DNA of 63,927 nt, counting the filler, from Licmophora abbreviata (taxonomy: Eukaryota): the NCBI GenBank assembly GCA_900291995.1. It is 8 parts of 8 records of this genome, joined end to end, with 100 filler letters (N's around TTAATTAATTAA, not from the genome) between each part and the next. Parts side by side here need not be neighbours in the genome. Positions count along the whole stretch, not along the records: positions 1 to 15,170 come from OLMU01003290.1; positions 15,271 to 27,590 come from OLMU01003293.1; 6 more parts are not named here. The stretch is one strand, 5' to 3'. Shown here piece by piece: positions 11,431-22,709 of the stretch. Numbering within the stretch: the stretch's first letter is position 1; each line of letters opens with the position of its first letter. Both the position numbers and the translations under genes were made by a program. The notes under the pieces are model-generated. The model was not told where the DNA came from and did not search any database. It was given only the letters and a program-made list of their open reading frames with translations.

Positions 11431-12333
11431 ATGTCTCCCCCTTCTTCTGTCGTCTCTCCTTTTCACCCCGACTGCTTGAAGGGAAAAGTCGCCATTGTCA
11501 CTGGCGGTGGCTCCGGAATTGGCTTTGAAATTTGCAAGCAGCTTTTGCTGCACGGCTGTGACGGCGCGGTGATTGTGGGACGCCGCCAACCCTTCCTCCA
11601 GCGATCGAGTAAGCTGCTGTCTCAAGCAACTCAAAAGAAATGTCTCTACCATACCTGTGATGTACGAGACGCCCAAGCCTGTCAGGCGGTGGTGGACTAT
11701 ACACTCCACCACTTTGGCCGCCTCGATATATTGGTCAACGGAGCGGCGGGGAACTTCCTAGCTCCAGCTGAGTCGCTCTCTCCCAAGGGATTCAAGACAG
11801 TATTGGAAATTGACACAGTTGGGACCTTTCAAATGATTCATGCTGCCTACGCTGGACTGAAAAAGTCCCAAGATGCTCTCATCCTCAACATCACTGCTAC
11901 ACTTCAACTTTTCGCGACTCACTATCAGTGCCATGCCTCCGCCGCCAAGGCGGCTGTCGACAGTTTGACTCGCAGCCTGGCACTCGAATGGGGTCAGGAT
12001 CGCATCCGAGTATGTGGAATTGCACCAGGACCGATTGAAAATACACCGGGTACCACCAAACTAGCTCCAGGAATCGATAGCAGCGACGTGAATGAGCTGG
12101 TGCGAGAGAGTATTCCCTTGCAACGGATGGGTACGACTCTTGATATTGGTCTGGCGGCAGTCTTTTTGGCGAGCGCGGCGGGATCCTACATTACGGGTGA
12201 TACGTTGATTGTGGATGGAGGACAGTATCTCTATAAGCCGCCGTTGGTTCCCAGGGAGCTCGTGTCAGAACTAAGTCGCAAGGTGGAAGCGAAGAGTCGG
12301 GCGCAAGCGCCAGGGATCATTTCGAAATTGTAA
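11431..12333 (+). CDS. DECR2: Peroxisomal 2,4-dienoyl-CoA reductase (SDR family)
   Basis: TGGGSGIG, LVNGAAGNFLAPAESLS, HASAAKAAVD, IAPGPI; ends in the PTS1 signal SKL. Confidence 0.92.
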   Translation: MSPPSSVVSPFHPDCLKGKVAIVTGGGSGIGFEICKQLLLHGCDGAVIVGRRQPFLQRSSKLLSQATQKKCLYHTCDVRDAQACQAVVDYTLHHFGRLDILVNGAAGNFLAPAESLSPKGFKTVLEIDTVGTFQMIHAAYAGLKKSQDALILNITATLQLFATHYQCHASAAKAAVDSLTRSLALEWGQDRIRVCGIAPGPIENTPGTTKLAPGIDSSDVNELVRESIPLQRMGTTLDIGLAAVFLASAAGSYITGDTLIVDGGQYLYKPPLVPRELVSELSRKVEAKSRAQAPGIISKL

Positions 12334-12896
12334 AAACCACGCTGATGAATCATAAGAGTTTTCAATGTATACAGTAGCGATTTAAATCAAGGACGCTCTC
12401 TTCCCTAAAGAAGATGTACGATGAGACGATGTTCGTGCCAATTATGAGAGAAACATTCCTTGCACTACCATGGAGTTGAACTCTAGCTAGCAGTACTCCG
12501 TACGTACTAACTTAGATTTAGATCCAAGCATGGTTCGACCAATCTGTGGTCGACGAAAAGGACAAGACGAACGCCGATTACAAGAAGAAGCTAATGAGGC
12601 CTTGAGTCAGTCGTTTCGAAATGCAACATACCTACCGGTACCGGTAGAGTGGGAGGATATGCGGAGGCTGGACGACGGACAGATAAGATAGAAGGTATTA
12701 GATCACCCGGAGTTCCGTCTTTACGCGCGACATCAAACCGCGCGACAAGATCTTTGATGGATTTCGTCAATTCGACGCTGTAATGTGACGAGATGACGAG
12801 AGGGGTCATGACGATAGTGTTATCAATGTTGCGTTGATGGGTGATGCCGTGGCCGTTCTTCTTAAGTAACATCAGTCAAACCCTACTCCTACGACC

Positions 12897-14082
12897 ATGC
12901 GCTTGAGTCTCGTCTTGCTCGTGCTGGGAGCTCTACCGGAGACGACTCTTGCGTTTCAAAATTTTCTACCTAGACCGTCGCGGTTGATAAACAGAGAGCG
13001 CAGTACACAGCGTTGTCCTCCGTTTTTTGCCACGCTGCACCCACAAGAGACTACCGACACGCCAACGACTACTACTATGTCGTCTTCAGTGCTGCTGCAT
13101 CAATCCTCTAGTACTCCCCTCCTACTTTTGAGAGACTACTTCAGTCTTGCTCTGTACACTACCGCTTGCGTTGTAACAGCCTGCTTGTTTTGTGTATACC
13201 AAGACTACGAATGTTCGCACTTGCAGAAAACTCAACAGCACCCACATGCTGTACGTGGCATGGGATTTGGAACGAGCGAACGAAGCAGTAGCGATCTTTA
13301 TGTGATTTCCACCTCAATTCCATCCTACAATGAAGTCCTATTGCAGCATCGGACAGACCGAGTGCCCATGTGGAAAGCGGCAGCAGCAGAATCAGAACAA
13401 CACCAACGGTATCAACAAAAGAACAATGAGGCAGTGCAACACGTCCGAGCTGCATTCGACGCAACGTTGGAATTGCAAAGATTGGCTTCCGACTATGCAT
13501 GGGATGACATGCGCATACTCCTGCGACAACCCGTCTTGACGACGCAATTGGACGAAGCGTGTGCGTGGTTACGTGCAAATCCTACTCCTCCAACACGAGC
13601 GTCCTCTCGAATCCTATCGGCGTCTGATATTTCTGCTGAAATTGGTTTTGAATGGGGAAGTTGTGCATGGCGACACTGTGGTGCCCATGCCGATGCACAA
13701 GAGGCCTTGGCGGAAGTCTATAATTACCTGGGAGTATTCGAACCCTACGAGTGTCTGTTTTGTTTGGACATTGTCGAACGATCTTTGCGTGACATTCTGG
13801 CCGTGTGCAGCAATGACGGCAGCAATCCAGATAGCAGTCGTAAGACCAAATTGCCCGAGTATCGACCCTATCAGCCAGTGGTAAGTTCAGTGATGAAAAA
13901 GACCAACAAAACATGATATGTGTGCGATGTTTTTTGCATTGTTCACCTCACACATATTGTGTCAATACCCGTTCTTTTTGTTCTTTTGCGGACATCAGGG
14001 GGAGGCTCTAGGCGGAGATGCGTCGTCGATCGACCTGGACTTTCTCGACGTGCTCAAGGGACTGCGAAACAATTTGGACTGA
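12897..14082 (+). CDS. Plastid-targeted protein of unknown function; intron 13881-13998
   Basis: Signal peptide ending TTLA-FQNF, one hydrophobic segment and a Cys-containing core (WGSCAWRHCG, ECLFC). A GTAAGT...CATCAG intron gives the last exon GEALGGD...NNLD*. Confidence 0.7.
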
Positions 14083-14407
14083 AGAGAAGATTTGCAAAGC
14101 TTAGTTCATCAATGCAGATATCCTCTCCATTATGTGAGAGAGGACAATAGACTGCCGAAACGGAACCTTCTGTTCGACCTCCCACTAGCTAGTGATAGTG
14201 GTTGCAGTTATGCTTGTAAGACCGACCGACCGATTTTGTTTGGGCGAGCCTCCGTATAGATTACTGGATTGAGCATGGAGAGTTCGGATTGACATTTTCT
14301 TGCGAACCACGATATTTCGAAACGAGGCGCGCGAAACCTTTTCGTGTTGTAGAAAAAGATTGGATCTCATCGCCATCACATCACAGTTCGTTCCAAACGT
14401 TGTCACA

Positions 14408-15170
14408 ATGAGTACATCGTCGTCGTCGACTTCCTCGCCTCCCCTGTGGACCTGGCTACGTTCACGGTCACTGGAAGATCCCCCAATTCTACTTTTGGAC
14501 GGCGGAGTCAGCACGCATCTCGAGCAAAAACTACAACGTCAACAGAATTTGAAGAAAACTAGTACTGCTTCGACCACCTGCGGCACAAACAAAAACAACA
14601 ACAACAACAACAACAGCGCAGAAGTAGAAGCATTGTCGTCGTTCGATGTCTTTACCCCACGCGCGCTCTGGAGCTCGTCCCTGCTGTTGACGAGCACTGG
14701 TAAGGAGGAGATTTATGAGTGTCATAAGGACTTTCTACAAGCGGGGTGTGATATGGTTTCGACCGTCACTTATCAATGCCACTATGGACTGCAGATTCAA
14801 CGACGACAACGACAAAACCAACAAGGCAAAGATCCCTTAAGGGAAAGACCATTCACAATCCTACCACAGGTGGTTTCAGATGAAGAAATGACACACATGC
14901 TACAGGACGGAGTGAAGTTGGCGCGACAGGCTGTACATGAATCTTGTCATGGTTCGAGACCAAGGTATGTCGTGGCATCCATTGGTTGCTTTGGAGGTGC
15001 CCTGGCCGATGGATCCGAGTATACAGGTGACTATGCGTCGCGAGGTGTAACAGACGAACGTGTGCTGATGGACTTTCATAAACGCAAGCTGCAGGTACTT
15101 TTGGAAATATGTAGGCCAGATGTTGTGGCATTTGAAACGATCCCATCCTTGCTCGAGTGTCGCGCGATAG
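14408..15170 (+). CDS. HMT: Homocysteine S-methyltransferase (HMT/MmuM-like), 3' end truncated by the gap
   Basis: LLLDGG, LWSS, HKDFLQAG, TYQ, LADGSEYTGDY and AFETIP motifs. Confidence 0.9.
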
Positions 15171-15270
15171 NNNNNNNNNNNNNNNNNNNNNNNNNNNNNN
15201 NNNNNNNNNNNNNNTTAATTAATTAANNNNNNNNNNNNNNNNNNNNNNNNNNNNNNNNNNNNNNNNNNNN
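15171..15270. other. Assembly gap spacer N44-TTAATTAATTAA-N44
   Basis: Identical 100-bp construct occurs seven times, with stops in all six frames. Confidence 0.98.
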
Positions 15271-16346
15271 GAATCCATTACACTGGGTCGTGCACGCCGT
15301 GAGACACCATCAACTCCGTGTTCATTCAAGGCCGCAGTACTTGTTGCCAGATCGTTCAGAGCATCGCTCGCCTGCTCCGTGGCGCGCTCCCCGGCCATGA
15401 GCTGTCGCTGCCGTTCCCGTTCCAGCGCTCGTCGCTGCAATCGTGGAATGACCACGGTTCGATGGTAAATATCCGCTACCAACACAATGGCAACAAAAAG
15501 TATGTACATGGTACAAAACATGGATATGGCGCGTGGCCCAATACTCCCTGAGCGGAGTTCGAAGAAGACAATCACTACCGTAAGCAGCAACGCCGTCACA
15601 TCTCTCACCAGGGCCCCTCGACACGGCACACCCTCTGCCACGACGATGACGACACCCGCCACAACGGCACCGACAAACATGGCAGCGCCCGTCAATGCTC
15701 CCAAGCTCAACTGATAACCACTCTGGACATCCGATGTAATGGCATTGACGGTAGCCGACACGTCGGCCGCGCCATTGCCCAGTGCCAGTAGAGACACTCC
15801 CGCAAATCGAGGCGGAAGTCCCAGTTTGACACTGAACATTTCCAGGGAAGGACTGAAAAAGTCTTCGGCGGTGCTCCCCAACATGCGAAATAGAATTACC
15901 AGCCACAGTGTAAGGAATGGCGAGAGGATCCAACACCAAGTGGTAAAACTCAGCGTAGCGTGGCAAAAGACAAAGGGCGCAAAGACCCCTTCGCCGTCAT
16001 TGCAGGTCCTGGCGAAAGAGCACTGGGCGTCGGACCCAGACAGCGTCGTTTCGAAGATCTTATTGCAGGAATAAGAACTGTAGTCGCTGGAATCCTCATC
16101 CAACAAACGATGAGAAAACGAGGAGTCGCTGTTCGCGTGGTAAATCAAGTCGTGGTGCTCTCCAAAGAGCAGCGAAAACAGGCCGATCGCCCCAAGGAAA
16201 AAGGCTGTAGCGATCCATGACACTTTATTGTGGAGCTTTTGACGACTCCACTTGGATCTTCGGTGAATTTGGGCCGTGTTCATCTTATTGAGAACCCCCT
16301 CGGGCGCTCCGGGAAGGAGAACAGCGGCCGTCGTCGTCATGGTCAT
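15271..16346 (-). CDS. Cation/Ca2+ exchanger (CCX/NCLX-like), 3' end truncated by the gap
   Basis: STAEDFFSPSL and the alpha-1 repeat AGVSLLALGNGAADV, then LGALTGAAMFV and LVRDV. Confidence 0.9.
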
Positions 16347-16884
16347 CCATCAGCTCTCGCTGAAAGAATCTGAATTTCGAAGTTCGATTTTGGACCTACC
16401 AGATCTTAGTAACCCGGAAATGGATGTGCGTTGGATGTGAGCTCTCCTGGCGAGATTGCGAGTTCTTTTGCGACGTTCCGAGTTCCGACAGAGAAAATGG
16501 AACAGCGCCACAGCACCGCCGACCATGAACCGTGTTCAGACCATGGCGAATCTGAAGGCCCTGCTGGAGAGTGGATTTACATGGAGGAGATGTTGAGATA
16601 GCGCTAGGATCAAAGAATTTTCGAGAATGATGAAAAATCGGCGTCAAACGATCTTGGAGTTTCGGCGGTTCAGATTTTGGCGCGAAAAGCGGCCGTTTAA
16701 GTTTGAACCGCGAATCGCGAAAAAAACTTTTACTCTCGTCGTTCCGTTTCGATGTTCACAGCACACACAATTCATCAGTCGATGCACTCTCAAGCAGCTC
16801 ATTGTTTCCCCGATATAGTTGATTGATTGATTCACTATTGACGACTCGCATCCGATTCCTTCCTTGGTCATGGGACGATTCACC

Positions 16885-18309
16885 ATGAGCTCCTCGTCGT
16901 CTCCACCTCCGTCGCCGTTTTTGCCTTCTCGCGAGCAACAGCCGTCCAGTCTCGCGGGCTTTTGCATGAGCGCGTTGTCGTTGTCGACGTCTCCCACGCC
17001 CCGACCAGCGCGTCGCAGCAACCTCAAGAGCGATGCTCACCGTCGTCGTCGCTCTTCGTCGACTCCACGTCCTCGTGTCTCCTTTCAGGACGACGATTCT
17101 GTGAAACCGTTCGCCAGTGTAGCCGATAACAACACCATCGCGATGACTGTTCCTTCGCTCAAGACTGTGGACAACGAGAATGACGGTTCGGCTGCGAACT
17201 TGTTGTCGCGCAAGCTCAGCAACGAGATCGCACTGGCATGTCAGCTGGTGGCCGCCGGTGGACAGGATGGCAGCGTTCCCGTGGCTTCGTCAAAGAGCGA
17301 CACTTTTGACGTTCACACCCGAAAGAGCACTCCGTTTCGTCTTCATCGTTCTTCGTGGGAGCCGCAGTCTCCTTCGAATGACAACACCGCGAATACAATG
17401 CCCCCTCCACCGACGTTCTTCAAGAAGACGCGAGACACTGACTTGACTCCCTTTTCACCCAGTGTGAAGCGTTCACCGATGCCCTCGAACCAGAGCCTCA
17501 CCATGCGGGGTCGCATCTCTTACGATGGTGAGCGTTTCGCGCGGGTCCCAACGTCTGGCGCTCGTCAATCGTTGCTTCGTGTAGCCAAGAAAAAGGTGCA
17601 GCCGACTTTCAGCTTTGGAGACTTGGCGCGTCCGACCCTACAGCGGCAGCAGGCTATCACCTCTGGAGCTCGTCAGTCGATTCCATCGTTTACTGACGGT
17701 ACGCCACCGGCGAGTCTGTTTCCGCAATCTGGACTTTCGTTTGTTCCTGCGGTGATCGGTCAGCGCAGTGCGGGTACCGATGTAGTGACGGCAACGGGAT
17801 TCACGTTCGGAAGTTCTCTTCCAGACGAGCGCACGGAGACGGCAAGCGGATTCTCATTTGTCGGAAATCACATGGACGAAACGCCGCAGTCGCGCTTCCG
17901 TGACGAAGCCAAGTTTCCCAGTCTGTCGTTTGCCGACTTTGAGTCCAGCTTGTTTGAGCTTGCCATCTCGTCTCCACTTCCTGCGGACGACGACGACGGG
18001 AACCACTATGAGGAAGTGAAGGCTGGCGAGCTGGAGGAAGACCCTGTCGAACCCAAGAGCACCAAGGACGTGGGAACCATCACGGATGCATCCTTGTCGC
18101 TGTCAAGCTCTTCGTCGGAGGACGGTACGCCTGTCCGTTCCAAGGCGACTCGCAAGGTCAAGTCGACTCCCCGTGTCACATTGCGCTCCAAGCCCGCGAC
18201 GCGACGCGCTCCCAAGTCTCCCAGAATGTCTGGCGCCATGACGCGTTCCATGACCAAGAAAACCCAAGGCGTCATGACGCGCTCGGCGACCAAGCGCGAC
18301 AATCCGTAG
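16885..18309 (+). CDS. Low-complexity Ser/Pro-rich protein with a basic tail, function unknown
   Basis: Uninterrupted ORF of about 474 aa; TSGARQS occurs twice and MTRS twice; no recognisable domain. Confidence 0.6.
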   Translation: MSSSSSPPPSPFLPSREQQPSSLAGFCMSALSLSTSPTPRPARRSNLKSDAHRRRRSSSTPRPRVSFQDDDSVKPFASVADNNTIAMTVPSLKTVDNENDGSAANLLSRKLSNEIALACQLVAAGGQDGSVPVASSKSDTFDVHTRKSTPFRLHRSSWEPQSPSNDNTANTMPPPPTFFKKTRDTDLTPFSPSVKRSPMPSNQSLTMRGRISYDGERFARVPTSGARQSLLRVAKKKVQPTFSFGDLARPTLQRQQAITSGARQSIPSFTDGTPPASLFPQSGLSFVPAVIGQRSAGTDVVTATGFTFGSSLPDERTETASGFSFVGNHMDETPQSRFRDEAKFPSLSFADFESSLFELAISSPLPADDDDGNHYEEVKAGELEEDPVEPKSTKDVGTITDASLSLSSSSSEDGTPVRSKATRKVKSTPRVTLRSKPATRRAPKSPRMSGAMTRSMTKKTQGVMTRSATKRDNP

Positions 18310-18907
18310 GGCAAGCGGCTTCAGGCAGGTCAAGGGATTCGATTTGATAGGAGGCAGAGGATGAAAGGGTGCCATTTCCTTTTAGTTTAGTTAGCATAGT
18401 AGTGACGGTAGCTCTTACAGAATACATTATACAACATTAGCGATCGGGTCTTGTAGCAGACGGTGCGAAGCGCAAGTCGCTTCCGTCGTCTGCGCCAGCG
18501 TTCCGTTTTTCAGCTTGTACACTAGAAGATTTCACGATGTAGAGGCGCTTCTCACTGTCTTCCAAGACCAACCGCGTAATGGGCGCGCGATTGGGAGCCT
18601 GTGGCCGATTAGATGGGATCCCTAACCATTGCCGGTCCGAGCTCAAAGGATGACGCCGTCATGGCCGAGACGGAGAACACCGAAGACTTTCTAAAGCGCC
18701 CCAAGAAACGTGCTCGGCGCTCTGAACGTCCTGATCGTGAAATCATGACGCGATCGAAATCGAAGCGTGCCTCTCGGCGCAGCCGACGCCTCCAGCGCCA
18801 CTCGTCGTTGAAGTAGAACAAGCACAACAAGCTCCAGAGGTGATCTCGAGACACACGATGGCACGAACGAAGCCCGAAGGCACACGCAAGCAATCGTAGC
18901 AATAGCT

Positions 18908-21208
18908 CTAAGGATGATAGGCGATTCCTTTCGTGACGCGCTGCACCTCTCGGTCTTCCATAGCCTGTTCGACTTGATCGAGCCTGCGCTTCCAATATTC
19001 CTTTTCTTGACGTTCTGACACCAACGCTTCGTTCGCTTTGGCTAGCTGGTGTTTGAGAGACATAGCTTCTGCCTCTAAATCCCCTTGACGCTTCTCAATG
19101 GCTTCAAGGATCTTTGACACTTCGGCCAACAAATTATCTTTTTCAACGAGCTGGTTCTCCAGAAAGGACGAATCCGCCATTTTCAAAGATGTCGATACTT
19201 CCTTTTCGTGTAATTGTGCTCGCAGTTGCTCCATTTCTTTGTCGCGACGTGGTGGCGAAGCAAAGATCTTACGCCGTGTAAGTGCCGATCCCAGAAGGCC
19301 CTGAATGCGGTGCAGCTCACTCACAAGTTCGAGACCATTTTCGGGACGAGTGCGAGCCGGGGTCGAAGGGGCGTGGTTCTCCACTTCGGTATCGTCCGAC
19401 AGAATGTTGAGAAGCTCATCTTCTTCGTTGTCTAGATCCGACCTCCCTACCTGAGGCGTTGCGGCTGGAGACTTTGTTTTCAAAATTAGTTTTTCCATCT
19501 TAGCAATGGCCTCCTCGATCTCACGCGTATCATCATCGGTATCAACGACTCGCTGCGAAGTCTGTTCCTCCAATCGACGTTGCGCTTCTCGCGCTTGTTC
19601 CAATTGACTCTTTAACTCTGAGATCTCCTCACGATAACTTTGAAGCAAAGTCTTATCGTCCGTCACTTCCGTCACACGGGCATGCTGCTCAATTTTCTTC
19701 GCTCGCAAAGCAAATTTTAACGTATTGTGCGATTCTTCCATGTGCGTGAGCTGCGGAGAAATGTTGCAAATCATGACAATCTGGGCATTGCCGCTCAGCG
19801 AGGGTTGCAAGAGACGGGTCAGCTTGGAGTCGCGGTAGGGAATATGGAGTGGGGGCCTCCCGTTGACCGCTCCGTCTTGTTGTCGCTTCCATTCTGATAA
19901 CTTGAATACGACCTGCCCTAGTGTCATGAGGGACTTGTTAATATACTGTCCCTCCTTGCGTCGGTCTCCCGTCGCTCCTGACAATCGAACCGACTCGCTT
20001 CCCGCCAAGTCAACCAAACTGAGCGACGATACACGCACCGAGCCCCGTTGCCGTGAGGCAGCACCACACCGACTACTTTCCACTGTCAATCGAAAGATCG
20101 CATGCGATCTGGAACTGTGCTTGTTCATATTGGTCGACCCCACTTGTCGTCGAGTTTCGCCGGCCCGTAGCAGCGCAAACACTTGTTCGGGAGTCGACAC
20201 GACTTCTTCTCGCAACCCACGTACCACAACACCTTCCGTAGGGTGTTCCAGGATCCGAATGACGGTTGAGGAATTGGGCGACAACAGATCAATGACTTGC
20301 TCGTTGTAGATTTCTACGTAGCTCACGCGAAGAAGATACTCTCTATCCATATGCCCGTCTTGATGTTGACGACACAGATGAAAGACGTCTTGCACGGCTA
20401 GCGGCAACAGTCCCGGAGATTGTTTGGTGCCCGTCATAGTGAATGTCTTCCCAGTGGATGTCTGTCCGTAGCAAAACACCGACGAGTGATAGCCTTCTAA
20501 CACGGTACTCTCCACAAGAGGTCGAACCGACTGTTGGTACATTTCTTGCGTCGTCGAGATGGGCCCAAACACCCGATCCAGCGTATAGGAGTGAGTCCGA
20601 CCGGGAATGCGGGTATCGGGATGCTGCTGAACGGTCGTCGCTGCTGGATCCTCCGGGACGACTTCCCACGCTACAGTCGAGTCATCATTCGCCACCATCA
20701 TGGCCATGTCGGGTTCGGGACTGGCGTCGTCTCCACGGAAGTTTGGCAGAGGAGCTTTTCGTTTCGCGATACCGATTGCGGGAGACCGAGGAGGTAGCTT
20801 GCTACTACTAGGCCGTACCAGTCGCGATGTCCTACGCGGAGGAGTATTGCTCTGCTGCTGTTTGGAGGTATCAAAATATCGCTGTGGCGTCGTGGATACC
20901 ACGAGAGGCCTGACGCGGATGCAGACTTCGACATTGGTACGACGAATTTCATGCTGGGTCGCATTCAGTGAGTCACTGCCGTTTCTTCCAGACACGTTAC
21001 TTGATACAGAAGGAGCAGTCATGGTGCTGCTGGTCTCGGCTTTGGAGGTGTCGTCGTCGTCCGAGGCATCGTTGTTGTTGTTCTTCTCGGGCTTGTGACT
21101 CATGGTTCTCAAGGATTTTCTGGGAAGACGGAGAGGCGACCACGGATCGAGAGGTGCGGCAGTGTACGAATAAGTGTTTGAAAGACGCAGAAGCTTCCGG
21201 AGAAACAC
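18908..21208 (-). CDS. Kinesin, probably kinesin-7 (CENP-E-like); alternative start at 21103
   Basis: VCIRVRP, YGQTSTGKT, VSYVEIYNE, NKHSSRSH, LVDLAGSE and HIPYRDSKLTRLLQPSLSGN, followed by coiled coil. Confidence 0.92.
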   Translation of the reverse strand: MFLRKLLRLSNTYSYTAAPLDPWSPLRLPRKSLRTMSHKPEKNNNNDASDDDDTSKAETSSTMTAPSVSSNVSGRNGSDSLNATQHEIRRTNVEVCIRVRPLVVSTTPQRYFDTSKQQQSNTPPRRTSRLVRPSSSKLPPRSPAIGIAKRKAPLPNFRGDDASPEPDMAMMVANDDSTVAWEVVPEDPAATTVQQHPDTRIPGRTHSYTLDRVFGPISTTQEMYQQSVRPLVESTVLEGYHSSVFCYGQTSTGKTFTMTGTKQSPGLLPLAVQDVFHLCRQHQDGHMDREYLLRVSYVEIYNEQVIDLLSPNSSTVIRILEHPTEGVVVRGLREEVVSTPEQVFALLRAGETRRQVGSTNMNKHSSRSHAIFRLTVESSRCGAASRQRGSVRVSSLSLVDLAGSESVRLSGATGDRRKEGQYINKSLMTLGQVVFKLSEWKRQQDGAVNGRPPLHIPYRDSKLTRLLQPSLSGNAQIVMICNISPQLTHMEESHNTLKFALRAKKIEQHARVTEVTDDKTLLQSYREEISELKSQLEQAREAQRRLEEQTSQRVVDTDDDTREIEEAIAKMEKLILKTKSPAATPQVGRSDLDNEEDELLNILSDDTEVENHAPSTPARTRPENGLELVSELHRIQGLLGSALTRRKIFASPPRRDKEMEQLRAQLHEKEVSTSLKMADSSFLENQLVEKDNLLAEVSKILEAIEKRQGDLEAEAMSLKHQLAKANEALVSERQEKEYWKRRLDQVEQAMEDREVQRVTKGIAYHP

Positions 21209-21473
21209 CAGTCCTGCGATTACGGTACAGGCTGCCGCTGCTCATTTCATTGTGGTTGTCTTCGGTTGGTTGCCTCTCTCAATTCTAAATTTGGAAATTT
21301 GGAGCTAAGGTTACTTTCTAGCGCTATTGTACCAATGACACGTTTATAACTACGTATAAAAATAATGTGTACACCGCTAGAAAATCCCAGACTTCGAATT
21401 GGTACATAATAGGCTTCATACTCATAGTCTCTTCTGAACTGCTCTTGTTCCCTCTAATCGATTCATTCATTCA

Positions 21474-22415
21474 TCATTGCAACTTTTGAAATCCATTATA
21501 GGGCGCACACCAAATGCCCTGACACGTCGGTTGCGTAACATCCGGCTGAAACTGCACACTCCACGCCCCCACATCGGAGGTCGTCCACAAGACCTCCCCG
21601 TCCCGATCGTACAACATGTAGGCTTGTTTCAACCAATAGTCTTGCTGCGTATTGACAGGTGCCAGCAGTAGTCCATCCGGTGTCAATAGTTCCTGAGCAA
21701 ACATGACTGCCTTGTCACGGTTGATTGCAAAATTAAAGACAATCACATTGTATTTTTGGAAACGCTCAGCAGTACTATCATTCTGTTCTTTCTTCCACCT
21801 GGAAAGGAATCGTTCATCGTCGAGGTGGTAGAATTGCACAGAGGGTGGGCAGTGTCCTCGTTCGATCACATTGAGATTCCAGGCTTCGTCACTCCAATCG
21901 CAAGCATCAATAGTCGTGTAGCCCAGTTCGTATAGAACTTGCGTCGACACGCCTGCCCCAGACCCCACATCGAGGGCTCGGAGTGGAGCAGTGTCCTGAT
22001 TTATGTTCTTTTTGTTATTATCGTCCACTCGCAATCTCAAGGATTGTAACGTATCATAGACTTCCTTGGGTGAAATGTTGGTGTCTCGACTGGCGACTAT
22101 CGAATTCGTATACTCGGATCGATCAAAGCCAGCGGATCGAAAGGGCAAAGATGATGATGATGATGATGATGATGTAGCTTGAGCGGCTGATGGCGGTAGG
22201 AGGACACTGCTTGCTGTCAGAACTAAAGCGCTGTCTATCATCTTTATTGTCTGCTGCTGCTGTTGTTGAAGCCATTGTCGTCGGTTCATAGTAGTGGTGA
22301 TGGGTGATTTTGGGGTGCAAGGTGATGTCTTCTTTGCTGCGGAAGACGAAGGATTCCATCCGAAACTAGTGCCAACACACAAACAGCAGAGAACACATTG
22401 TAGTAGTGAGAGCAT
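21474..22415 (-). CDS. Class I SAM-dependent methyltransferase-fold protein with a putative thylakoid-lumen presequence
   Basis: RALDVGSGAG (motif I), IDACD, YNVIVFNF, LTPDGLLL. N-terminus has a signal ending SFG-W, then MNRRQWL, a hydrophobic stretch and AQA. Confidence 0.8.
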   Translation of the reverse strand: MLSLLQCVLCCLCVGTSFGWNPSSSAAKKTSPCTPKSPITTTMNRRQWLQQQQQQTIKMIDSALVLTASSVLLPPSAAQATSSSSSSSSLPFRSAGFDRSEYTNSIVASRDTNISPKEVYDTLQSLRLRVDDNNKKNINQDTAPLRALDVGSGAGVSTQVLYELGYTTIDACDWSDEAWNLNVIERGHCPPSVQFYHLDDERFLSRWKKEQNDSTAERFQKYNVIVFNFAINRDKAVMFAQELLTPDGLLLAPVNTQQDYWLKQAYMLYDRDGEVLWTTSDVGAWSVQFQPDVTQPTCQGIWCAPYNGFQKLQ

Positions 22416-22709
22416 CCGCGTAGTAGAATACGAGGGAACGAACGTCAGGCTCATCAAATACTAATTTCCATCACCCTCGTCTCATCGTCGTCGCGATTTT
22501 GGATCGGCGTCGCTCTCATCCTCGCCTCCGCGGTGATGTGACGGATGGACGAACAGCCCACGTGTAGAAAATGTCACTGTGACGTCCTTTCCATCACACA
22601 CCGCGCGGGCCCCAAAATTCAAAAGAGACTTGTGAGGTTTGCAAAAAAGTTTGCTGTGTTTGCTCCACCATGATGTCGTCGATCGCTGTCGCCTTTTTCC
22701 CAGTCAATA

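Noticed and set aside
15215..15226. TTAATTAATTAA repeated seven times as a biological repeat, CRISPR array or piggyBac TTAA site
   Set aside because: It is always centred in exactly 44+44 Ns, so it is an artificial six-frame-stop linker.
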